From positions 1 to 37,005 of the forward strand of contig LWCA01000243.1 in the NCBI GenBank assembly GCA_001642005.1: a DNA stretch of 37,005 nucleotides, given 5' to 3'. The stretch's first letter is position 1, and each line of letters starts with the position of its first letter. A model generated the notes under the pieces. It was given only the letters and a program-made list of their open reading frames with translations, did not search any database and was not told where the DNA came from. Origin of the DNA: Intoshia linei. Its lineage: Eukaryota; Animalia; Orthonectida. The position numbers and the translations under genes are program-made. Below are positions 13,101 through 22,951 of the stretch, piece by piece.

Positions 13101-16100
13101 GTATTTTTTTTGAAAGAATTTAGTTTATACTGTAAATTTAGAAAAAAGAATCTGAAAAATATAGAAACGAACGCAAATTCAGTCTATTAGATTCGTAAAA
13201 TTATATCATTTTGATACTTATATTAACTTTTATTCATAAATATTCAAATTAAATTAGAACTGATAATTATTTATCATCATACATGGACAATTTGGAAGAT
13301 TTGTACAAATCCAGTTTAAATAAACCGGCAATTTCTGTTAGAGGCATCAGTAATTGGCGATCTAGTATTTCCTCCAATATGAAATGTAATACTACTATAA
13401 TTATATTATAATAGATATTATACATTGTATAACTGTATTTATTCCAATTTTTTTCATATTTACTAAAAGTTTTTTTTTAATTTTTATTTCAAAAATTATT
13501 TTTGTCTTTGATATATATCCTAACTTATATAATATGCTACGCTATTTTTGTTTGTGTGTGTGTCTGTATGTTACGCTTTATTTAAATTTTTTAAAGATCA
13601 CATTTTAATTACAGTTTTTTCCAGGACGTATAATAAGATAAATTTCAACCTCCCAATTTCACATCTTACGGGTCAAAAACCCCTGTTGTCCCTCTTTTTG
13701 AAAATCAAACGAGTTGGAGAATTTAAAAAAATATATATGTTGCATAGAATGTGTACAACTGTGAAATTTACACATTCCACGGGCAAGTTGTAGAATGTGT
13801 AAAACTTTCATTTAATTACGATTTTTTTTGAACCAAACTTTCAAGAGGGGTTTTTAAGATTTTTAGAAAACAAAATAATTGATTAGTTATCAATGATTTC
13901 TGTGTCAAATGTCAAATATGTTTCCAGTTATAAATTTTATAAAATTTATATATCGCTTTGTGAAGAGTGTGAAATGCGTCGCAACAAAAAAAGCATAAAA
14001 TCTATTGTTGTTAAGCCAATTAGATCATCAGATATTAACAGTAGAGGCCCAGTAAACTAAATTGATATGCAGAGTCATGCGGATGGCCATTAAAAGAAGG
14101 AGACTGTGTTAGAATCCCCATACCTCGTATTGATCGCGGACGACTTGATCCAGGAAATTTAATATTATGGTTAATATGGTATAATCATGGTGTCGTAACA
14201 GGTGTCGACCATGGACAATATACAATTGGAACATCTTCCGGTAAAATTGAAAATAACTTTACAAGAAACCAAATTCAAAAATGCCATCAACAATTAATAA
14301 ACCCTGAAGTTCCAAACCAAATTTTGAGTTTACGTTTTACTGTACGCGAGAAGTCAATTGGTTGATGTCAAGGATTTTTTAAGTGTAATTGCAAAAGTGG
14401 GTGTTCGGGTAATTAATGTAAATGCAAACGTAATTCAATTCTTTGTAATAGTCGCTGCCATCACAGCTTGTCTTGTACCAATAGATAAATATGTATATTC
14501 ACTTATATTTAGTATTTAATTTGAATCTGCTTCAACTTATCATGTATTCATTTCATTGTTCTTGGTTCATTATTATTATCGTTATTTTGGAAATTCCATT
14601 CAACGACTTATCCATGAAATGTGTAAATTTCACAGTTGTTTACATTCTATACCACATATACGCTGATGCGGATTTTAAAATCATAAACATTATCATAAAT
14701 TTAAATGTGAAAAAAATGATATCTATGGCCAAAACCCCAAATTACCCTTCTTTTTTTAATGAAAACAGCCCTAGAATTATTTTTTTATAAAAATGTGCCC
14801 TCGGCAGACTAGGTGCTGTTTGTATGTAGTACATAACAGTCAAGCTAGTAGTATATAACATTTGGCATCATTTTCTATTTATAGTGTGCTAGGTGGTCAC
14901 GTGATCTGCCTGTTGTAATAGGTAGTAATTATTAGATACAAATTGTGAGATGCAGAAGATTTATTAGATTATAATGTACTTTTTACATGGTATTTAAGTC
15001 GCTTGGTCGTGTTAATAATTATAATTTTAATAAATTATTCACAAAATAAATAAATATCCATAAAAACGGAGCGGTATATGTCTCATATTATATCTGTGTA
15101 AATATTTAGTTTTTAATTTTACAGCTTATTGTAGATCGCTTGACTTTGACTTATAATATTATCATTTAGGTAATTTGACAAATATAAATTTCCAAAGTTC
15201 TCGGAGAAATGAAAAAAAAGGTTTAATATTAGAATATTAATGTAAATATCAATTGTAATTGTGAATCACATAAATGCAGTGGATGATAGATAGCGCAGAT
15301 GAGTGTTTCTCAACCTATTTTCCATTCCGCGCACTTGGCAGTAATTTAAAAAATTAATATCTGCTGCTCACTGAAAATCTTTATTACTGCATTAGATTCT
15401 ACAAGGAATAGGTGCAAATTTAAGATACAATGTGGTTTTTTCGATACCAAAGACAAAAAATGTATAGTATAGATCAGTGATGGCAACCAATCAAATGTGG
15501 TGTGTTAATTTTGAGATTTTATTTGAAAATTATTTTATGGTATATTTTTCAGCAAATTTTTCAATTGAATGGAAAATGTCTATTGAACAAATTTTTTATA
15601 TTTAAATTTTAAATGATGCGCAAAAGAACCTTGTTTACTCATGGAATCTATTTCTTGATAAGTTTATTATTTGTAAACTAATTTTTAAGGCGCAGATTTT
15701 GTGAATTGTACTTTTATTTTTAAATATTTTTAACACAAAAACACATTTTTTGCGATCACTGGTATAGATTCTATAGTATAGAATCAGGGGTGTCAATTAT
15801 ACGGTCCACGGGCCATTTGCGGCCCCAAATTATGGAATGTGCGGGCTGAGTTACAATATAAATTTTTATTTTTTACACATATTTCTTATTTTACAGTTTT
15901 TTCATATATTTTTTATGATTTATTTATTCATTATTACAATTTTAACATTATTTGTACACTTATTTCATTGTTTTTATTTCATATTTCATTTTATGAATTA
16001 AAATTATTATAATCAATTAAAATTGTTAGTTTTAACATAATTTTTTGAGTATAGATTTTTTTTGTGCGGCCCGCGTAATAATTTTTTTTCACATTTGGCC

Positions 16101-19100
16101 CACCAAGAAAATTGAGACTGACACCCCTGTTCTATACTATATAACGTAAATGGTAGAGAGGTCGCTATACGTTTATATTGGCCCACGATAAAAAATATTT
16201 TGGAAACATGAAACTGAAAAATGAAACTAGTGGGCTAGGCGCACGGCTGAGAAACACTGGTGCACATGGAAATAATTTTATAATCTATGTAGGAAATATT
16301 TACTTTCCATTTTTATTGGCTTCATATCTAATTAAATAAATTCGAGGTATAGATATGTTTCCACTGCTTATAATATTTAGAATATATTTGATTAGCACAA
16401 AGTATCATTTTCAATTTTAATTTTAGATAACATAATTCCCACTTTTCCGAATATACCTAATCTCATTGAAAGTCGAAAAGGTATAATAAGATTTTGCAAA
16501 GTTCTCATCATTAAAGTAAATAATTTGATAAAATGTAACCATTAATTTTTTTAAATTAATATAGGTTGATTCAAATGTAACAAAATCTGTAATGAAAATG
16601 TGGGATGCAGAGGCTTTTAAAGAAATTTTGAAAAAGATGCTTATAAATCGCTTAAAAACAGAGTTATTCAAGATAACCGAAGTGGTAAGAATTTTTGTTT
16701 GTAATTAAATTATTTTTTGTTAATCAAAAATAAATCATTTTATCCTTTATTTGTAACTGACATTTGGAAGTTTAAACCATTTATTGACTTTATAAATCGT
16801 AAATTAGTTAATAAAGTTAAGGTAACCGTTAAATTGAAAATATTTAAATTTTTATGTGGATGCGCGAATATTTGAAATCTATTTCCAGATTGCCATTTCA
16901 TGACTCCATGTCCTATTTTTATAATAATTAATTTCTAAATATTAATTTAGGTTTCAGTCAATCATAAAATGTCGTCGGATGATATTTTACACATTGTTAA
17001 GAGAATACTACCTCAAGAATTGAAAGATTTTGTTGAAACTTACCCATCAGTTGAATTTGAATTAAATTCTCTTGAAACAGCTTCTCAGCTTTTGTTTTAC
17101 GAGAAATGTCAAAAGTTTAAAAGGAAATCTTCAAATTTAACCGGTTTTGTTGATAAATTCTCCAAAGCAGAAGAAACTATCAGGGTAATTAAAGTATTAT
17201 ATATATTAGTATTATTATACATTATACAGTAATATAATTATAATAATTATAATAATTTACGTTTATTGGAGGTATTTTTGTAGATTTAGCTAAGATGGTA
17301 AGTGGTCAGGCCACTTAATTGATCTTAATAGTGATTCCACATTTATGTAAATTAATATCTCAAGTTATAAAAATTTTAGATGAATTGTGGTCATCGTATG
17401 GTGATAGAGCATTCAATAATACCACATTACTGTGAATACTGTAACAAATTGATCGATATATACGACAAAATATATAGATGCCTGAGTAATTCTGATTATT
17501 CACTTACAATTACAGTATAACCACGATTTGGGGAAAATTAATAAAATTTAAATTTTTTTTATATTAAATGGAAACACTGTATTATCTATGATTTTTTTTA
17601 GATTTAATTCAAAATTCTGGGTCTTAGAATCTAGTAAAATCAAAATAATGGTCAATTTGTGTTTTCACAGTGAAGATGCAAATTTATTAGAGTCTAATTT
17701 ATCTTACTTTATGCGCCAGAAAAAACTGACAGAGAATTTATATTTTTTAAATTTATGGGTCTCTTAGTCTTATAAATTAATGGTTATACAGCTGACATAC
17801 ATTATTTATTATTATTTATTTATAAACATATACTTTATATAAGTTTACTTTTACATAAAAGTAAAAGTTTCAACAGTGTCTGATATAATTTTTCATAATT
17901 TAGCTTGTGAATACGTTATTCACCGAAAATGCTTGACTAAAAACAAGAGAATATGTATAGGAGCCAAAACCGTAATTAAATACAGTATATGTATGGTATT
18001 AGGACAATGAACAAAATATTTATTTTTTATTACAGACCCATTCCATATATTTTGAGCACTTAGTAAAATAGCCGCAATCTGTATACATTTTCAATTTTAT
18101 AATTTTTTAAATGGCTAACGTACTTAATAACAGAAATTCCATTCCTTAAAAAATTGTTTTGGTTGTGGTTGAGACGATACATTAAATTTAATAAAAACTG
18201 ATTTATTTATAAATAACAATATTTACTCTTTCAAATATTTTGAGCACTTTCACTTTCAAAAATGTATTTTTTGCAATATAGGTAATTAATATTATTCTTC
18301 TTTGAAATTTCAACTAGATGCGTCAAATAAATATTCGGAAGCGCGAATTAGTTGTCACATATTCAATAGAGGGTATACACAAGTAAAATTTGCTAGAGAG
18401 CTTTCCGTATTCAGATGCGCAGTTCAAGAAATAATTAAAAAGCACCAAAAAGGTCTACCTCTAATTAATCGACCTAAAAAAGGAAGAACAAGAAAAATGT
18501 CAGTCAGGGAGGGTCATTTATTAGAAATTAAAGCAAAATCAAACCCTTTCTTGACTGCTAATGAGCTGCGAAATTTGATATCGTCGGATACAACCTTTTT
18601 AAATTTAATTTATTTAATTATGTCGTTTAATCATTTAATTAATCACGGGTGCTTAAAACTATGAACAACTAAAATTATTATAATTTAATAATATCATCAT
18701 TCTTATATCTAATAATTATCTAACAGACTTCAAATTTAATTAATAACTTCCGATCATATTTGCATTCCCTCAAATATAAAATAAATTAATGAAAAACACT
18801 TATAAATAAAATAATTATAAATTTTATAAGGATCTTAAAACATATGGACGGGTCTGTATCATTAGGGCCAACAATGTCATAAAAATAGTTATTTTTTTTA
18901 ATAATAAAAAAATGTTAGAAATGTAAGAGGGAACTCTAATAAATACATTTAATGGAGTATATCGATTTTTAAAAAGTCATAAATGTCATATTTCTGACAT
19001 AATTGTCATAATAATATTATTAAAGTCATAATTTAAAAAAATGTTAATTCTCCTAACGAATATACCTAAAACGATAATATAAATTAACAATTTTCTATTA

Positions 19101-22050
19101 TACAGTAGACACTCGAAAAGTGACCACTTCGTATAGATGACCACCTCCCAAAAGTGACCTTTTTAAGACAATATAACAAATCCATACTAATATAAATAAA
19201 TTTCTCTTCGAAAAAGTAACCAAAAATATAAATTAAAACAATTCAATTATATTGAAGACCAAATTAATGACGTTATTGACAATAGCAATATAGCAGAAAA
19301 TAAAGAATTGGAAGATTTTGAAGAATTAAGAAAGGATGGAATCTATGCAATATTTAATAATCTTAGAAATTATGCAAACCAACATTGTCCAAAGAATCTA
19401 GAAGATATATTTATTGGAAAGCAAAATGATACACCTCAAGTTTGTTTCAAATGAAATCACTCTGAAATATTTTTGTATAATAGACAAATAATATATGATT
19501 AGTTTAGAAATTTTTCGTCTTATTTTTAATATATTTTCAAGATGATGGTCAACGTAATTAATAATTTTAGTCGATTAATCAATCAGCTTCTGTTTCAGTT
19601 ATTGTTAAAATGAATTGCCCAAAAAAGTGGTCACTTTTCGAGTGTTTACTGTACTGTGTGAAATCAAATCAATAAAATAATTAACTAAAATATAAAAATA
19701 TATAAAAAAATATAGTTTTATAATATTTAATTATTTATATATAATATAATAATACAGTGTATAATATATACTAATAATAATTAATAATACAATCGTGTCA
19801 AACTTTCGGCCCGCCGCAACTTTGTATATGTATATTAGGGTGTCAATTTTTTTCACAAATTGTCGAATCTCATTGGCGCATGGTTCTAATCGTCTAATTT
19901 TAAGATTTATAATATTCTAAATTCTTGTTTTATAAAATTATGTATTCGAGTGGGCACTTCAATTACACAAATTAATAATAATTAGAACCTTGTAATTGTT
20001 TCGAAAAATGTATCATCTATATTTTATATCACAAATAATGATCAAAATTTGTACTATATATGTAAGATTGTAATTTTTAGTTAATAAGAAACCTAATAAA
20101 CACTCCAATTCATCAGCTCATTGAAAACGATAAAATTCCTCCAGCTATCGAAAAACTGTTAAATTACATTGAAACAAAAAAACCCTATACTGAAAGAATT
20201 TATCGATTAAGTGGTGCCAAGAACAAATTGGATCATTTTATCAACATTCTCAACCACTGTGTGGATGGTATACTTTTTAATTTTAAAATTTAAGATGGTA
20301 AACTCTTTTTATGCATCATTTCCGGGAAAATAAAGCAGTTTTTATTTTTTAAATTTTCCAAGCTTTAATTAGTCATCTGATTATCAAATTCTTGAATAGT
20401 AATTTCTTGACTATATAAAACCAAATGAGCAAAAGATAAATTTTTTAAGTTTTGTATTCTAACCGAAAATATTTAATTTAAGTGTATTGTATTTCTTGAT
20501 TTACAATCATCACAATTTATACTTATATTTTAGATGAACGCGTTACACAGTTAAATCCTGATGAATACGATATTAGTATTTTATGCTCATCTGTTAAATA
20601 TTTTTTAAATCAATTACCAGAACCTTTAATCAACAAGGAATTTTTACCTTTATTAATTGAAGCCGCCGGTAAATTAAATTAATAATCATTGTCTTAATTA
20701 AATTTTGTAGAAATGGAGGATCTATTTGATAGGTATTTATTATTTCCCATTATATACATTTATGTGAAAATTCAAAAATGTATTAAATCATGATTCAGGA
20801 TATAACAAATAAATAAAAATTTATAATTTTTAGATATGAAATTATTAGCAATATAATATGTCGAATGCCCAAACATAATGTAATTTTATTTGACAGAATA
20901 ATCAACCATCTAGCAATGTAATTTTTTCAAATATCTTTTATATCATTTCATATCTTAAGGATGTCAAAAATATGACATATTTCACGTTTTAGTGCGAACC
21001 GTCACGACTTTGTACCTTTATTTAATATAATCTCTGTCTATAGGCTAAAATTTAGCCTAAATCTAAATTTTAGGGGGAAATTTACATTTTTAAAAGCTAA
21101 ATAATGTATCACTTGGAATAACTCAATTTCGATTACGTTGAGAATTGATAGTCAATAAATCTTTGAAACTTTTTGTAGTAAAAAGTTTATTTGACGACTG
21201 ATTAACTGCCACGCTCTTTTAGAAATGTTTTTAATGTAATTACATTGTAACATGTAAAACATACATTTTGTCTAATAAATTAAAAAAATAAGGTAACAAT
21301 TGTTTTCAAAATTCTTTATACAAATGTTAAAAAAAATTAAGATGGAATAGTTCACTTTAAAGTAAAAAGTAATGTGATATGACATGAAATTCCACCTGAA
21401 ATAAGTTTGGGAATCAGTCCTTTAAAGGATTGATAACAGTGAATAGTAGGATTTTTAAGTTAGATTTTCAACGTGAATTGATTTTTTAAGTATAATAAAA
21501 ATGACCCTCGGCAGAGCTAGGTGTTGTTTTTACGTAGTACATAACAGTCAACCTAGTTACATTATAATAATTATTAAGAATATTATAAATGGAATCTAAT
21601 AAGAAGAAGGTTTAGCTACCCTGTGTTATACATTTCTTTATTTCATTTTTACTCTACTAAATTGGTTATTCAATTATATTTAGAATTGCACGTGAAAGTA
21701 ATATTAACAAAATGGATGCTCATAATCTTGCAATTATATTTGCTCCAAACGTAATTCAACCAAATTACGATGAAAAATCAATGAAAAATAATCTAATCGA
21801 TGCCTACATAAAGTAATGTTTTCATAAATCTAAACTGTGCCGAATTTTTCGTCATAGTTTTGGAGGGAATCTATAAAATTAATTATGGTTGCCTTTTAAT
21901 CACCAATAAATAGCATATTTAACTAATGGAACTATAAAATAAATGTGCTGAATCCCTGGTTCAGATTATTTATAATTCATTATATTTAGAATAATTGAAA
22001 CAATGATCACCACAACCATATACATAATTGACGGAATGTCAGAAAATTAA
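1199..22050 (+). CDS. MYO9: Class IX unconventional myosin (myosin-RhoGAP), divergent motor, 5'-partial, multi-exon
   Basis: Phase-compatible GT-AG exons. Motor: 1199-1298 (NFNIFYAIFHGL), 1333-1356, 3039-3194 (IFKTLVTIMHIGNV), 5129-5191, 5233-5322 (ETIIIPYTLDE), 5451-5558 (ICKSIYLYLFKWII), 6398-6532 (IVDMYRFENLVENNFEQF), 6570-6685 (GLFILINEEC), 6761-6887 (ICHYKDTAKY), 6925-7015 (TFREKNMD, class IX-like), tentative loop-2 exons about 7648/7669-7708 and 7901-7952, 8951-9007, 9064-9144 (EPHIIRCINPN), 9984-10094 (FDESFVYQQLRH), 11437-11541 (YKIGLGK), 12999-13100 (IFL). Neck/tail: 13142-13194, 13258-13385, 15170-15220, 16427-16515, 16565-16684, 16951-17184. C1: 17380-17485 and 17904-17971 (GH..IPHYCEYC..C..C..HRKC..C). 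RhoGAP: 20081-20267 (YTERIYRLSG), 20534-20668 (KYFLNQLPEPL), 20711-20732, 20834-20917, 21684-21812 (NKMDAHNLAIIFAPN), 21990-22050 (TAA). Motor + C1 + RhoGAP is diagnostic of class IX. The P-loop and switch I are not seen and presumably lie upstream; a possible earlier exon is at 136-195/205. Confidence 0.9.
1839..1997. mobile_element. Small fold-back MITE
   Basis: 30-bp inverted repeats TAGTGTGG(C/T)AGAAAAAAGACGTACTATCA with 1 mismatch, continuing imperfectly inward, with TA at both edges. Confidence 0.75.
2658..2704. repeat. Short tandem repeat of GATTTAA(G)
   Basis: About 6 imperfect copies: gatttaagg a gatttaa gatttaa gattaa gatttaag gatttaagg. Confidence 0.6.
4830..4970. repeat. Array with about 21-bp period and conserved TATCACAT core
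   Basis: Cores start at 4834, 4855, 4876, 4897, 4915, 4938 and 4959, separated by variable linkers. Confidence 0.7.
5577..6147 (-). mobile_element. Non-autonomous Helitron, full-length copy
   Basis: On - it begins A|TCCTAACTTATATAATATGCTACG and ends with a hairpin (TGTAC-GAA-GTACA) then CTAG. It shares internal sequence (CATCTTACGGGTCAAAAA, GCTGATACGGATTTTAAAATCAT, CCCCAAATTACCC) with the other copies. No TIR or TSD. Confidence 0.75.
9566..9862. mobile_element. hAT-type MITE
   Basis: TIR CAGTGCTTTCCA...TGGAAAGCACTG with subterminal TGTGTCGC repeats. The 8-bp flanks are degenerate (CTCTAAAA/CCCTAATG). Confidence 0.7.
10177..10430 (+). mobile_element. 5' fragment of diverged Helitron family member
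   Basis: Starts A|TCTTTACTTATATAG..GCTAC and contains CATGGTCAAAACCACAAATCACCTTTTTT as in other copies. No 3' CTAG end. Confidence 0.45.
10475..11407. mobile_element. hAT-type non-autonomous element with perfect 8-bp TSD
   Basis: Termini TAGGGCTATTCCA...TGGAATAGCCCTA with long imperfect subterminal inverted arms (AAAAAACCCCCGCGT / ACGCGGGGGTTTTTT). TSD ATGTACAT at 10467-10474 and 11408-11415. Confidence 0.85.
12178..12720. mobile_element. MITE with CAGAGCC termini
   Basis: CAGAGCCATCTTAAG at the left, and reverse complement of the right end CAGAGCCGTTTTAAG. Internal GGGCCC/GGGGCC motifs. Confidence 0.6.
13518..14848 (+). mobile_element. Non-autonomous Helitron carrying a nested Ginger2-like insertion
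   Basis: A|TCCTAACTTATATAATATGCTACG ... CTGTTTGTATGTAGTACATAACAG-TCAAG-CTAG|T, inserted between A and T. Confidence 0.8.
13738..14656 (+). mobile_element. Internally deleted Ginger2/TDD-like (KRBA2/SCAND3-like integrase) DNA transposon
   Basis: TGT...ACA ends with imperfect TIRs of about 55 bp (ATAGAATGTGTACAACTGTGAAATTTACACATT). A 4-bp TATA TSD is inferred from the empty site AATATATACGCTGAT in sister Helitrons. Pseudogenic peptides: SLCEEC..VVKPIRSSDINSRGPVN*IDMQS, EGDCVRIPIPRIDRGRLDPGN, and QGFFKCNCKSGC..CKCKRNSILCNSRCHHSLSCTNR. Confidence 0.8.
15475..15761. mobile_element. Nested hAT-type MITE with perfect 8-bp TSD
   Basis: CAGTGATGGCAA...TTGCGATCACTG, with TSD GTATAGAT at 15467-15474 and 15762-15769. 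Confidence 0.75.
15785..16129. mobile_element. Nested hAT-type MITE
   Basis: CAGGGGTGTCA...TGACACCCCTG with subterminal GCGGCCC motifs. Confidence 0.75.
18033..18856 (+). mobile_element. Internally deleted Tc1-family transposon
   Basis: TA-flanked TIRs CAGACCCATTCCATATATTTTGAG, and reverse complement CAGACCCGTCCATATGTTTTAAG. An internal direct repeat ATATTTTGAGCACTT at about 18235 suggests the IR-DR type. Confidence 0.8.
18302..18595 (+). pseudogene. Tc1 transposase N-terminal DNA-binding fragment
   Basis: GYTQVKFARELSVFRCAVQEIIKK (HTH), RPKKGRTRKMS (GRPR-like) and KSNPFLTANELRN. The DDE domain is absent. Confidence 0.75.
19103..19651. mobile_element. pogo/Tigger-like non-autonomous element
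   Basis: TA-flanked 26-bp TIR CAGTA(G/A)ACACTCGAAAAGTGACCACT, subterminal TGACCAC repeats, and an acidic ORF-like remnant at about 19250-19420. Confidence 0.8.
21345..21556 (+). mobile_element. 3' part of a Helitron family member
   Basis: Ends CCCTCGGCAGAGCTAGGTGTTGTTTTTACGTAGTACATAACAGTCAACCTAG|T. The upstream part resembles 22710-22830. The 5' limit is uncertain. Confidence 0.65.
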
Positions 22051-22059
22051 AAAAATTTA

Positions 22060-22065
22060 AATAAA
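22060..22065 (+). terminator. Putative polyadenylation signal of the myosin IX gene
   Basis: AATAAA about 10 nt after the TAA stop at 22048-22050. The AT-rich background weakens this. Confidence 0.4.
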
Positions 22066-22310
22066 TTTTTAAATATACAATGTGAATAGTATAGTTTCCC
22101 ATTTACCTCAAGGGTATTATATATAAATTTGTAAATCATAATATTAAGGTTTGCTATTATTAATAACTATCACTCTATTTTCTTTTTTTGAAATGTTAAT
22201 ATTAAAATATTTAAAAATGTTAAATTAGTACACAGAATTTGACATTAACTTAACTATATTTTCGAAATTTTTCACTACTGTCACTGACAGTCTGTTAGGT
22301 TTGATTGTAA

Positions 22311-22896
22311 TCCTACTTACATAAAGTAAACACCCTTATTTATATAAAGTAATTTAGTTAAAAATGTCTGTTTGTTCCATTTTATTTAATAAAATAAGAC
22401 GAGACTTTCAACTTTTTTCTAGACAGAGTAAGTTTTAAAAATTCAGTATTTTTATTATAGATTTTCGAGGGTGATGTTTTAGCGTAAAATTTCATTTTTA
22501 AATATTGAGTCCTTTAATGTCAATAACCCCATTTATCCTTTTTTTAAATTCAAACGAGTCCTAGAATTATACAAAAGACACAATCTGATAAATATTTTAA
22601 AATCATTAACATTATGATATATTTCAAAATCTTATATCATCACGGCCAAAACCACAAATTACCCTTTTTTAAAAAAAGAAAATAGTCGTTGTATTTTAAA
22701 ATCATAGAATTCACTTTAAATTAAAAGGTAATGTGAAATTACCCGTCCATGATGAGACACGTTTTGAAACCATTCCTTTATAGGATTTGTAATAGTGAAT
22801 AGTATCATTGTTAACTAAGATTTTAGATATAATTAAAAAAGCCCACCCTCGGCAGAGCTAGGTGCTTTTTGTACAAAGTGCAAAACAGTCGAGCTA
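22311..22896 (+). mobile_element. Diverged Helitron copy between the convergent MYO9 and RPA1 3' ends
   Basis: Starts A|TCCTACTTACATAAAG, contains CCAAAACCACAAATTACCC, and ends CCCTCGGCAGAGCTAGGTGC..GTACAAAGTGCAAAACAGTCGAGCTAC. Confidence 0.6.
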
Positions 22897-22914
22897 CTGT
22901 AGTTTAATATAAAA

Positions 22915-22920
22915 TTTATT
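22915..22920 (-). terminator. Putative polyadenylation signal of RPA1
   Basis: TTTATT on + (AATAAA on -) about 30 nt downstream of the RPA1 stop. Confidence 0.4.
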
Positions 22921-22951
22921 GAATAAATTACATTTTGAATAAAATATAACT

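Larger units (their letters stand above)
15301..16259. mobile_element. hAT-type MITE containing two nested MITEs
   Basis: GAGTGTTTCTCAACC ... GGCTGAGAAACACTG, with 8-bp flanks GCGCAGAT/GTGCACAT (6/8 match). Confidence 0.6.

Noticed and set aside
14895-14906. GGTCACGTGATC E-box/CLEAR-like palindrome in a myosin intron
   Set aside because: A single short motif with no supporting promoter evidence.
16423-16671. Minus-strand 82-aa ORF (also 1259-1447 and 25050-25250)
   Set aside because: Antisense shadows of myosin exons or of the Tc1 transposase relic.
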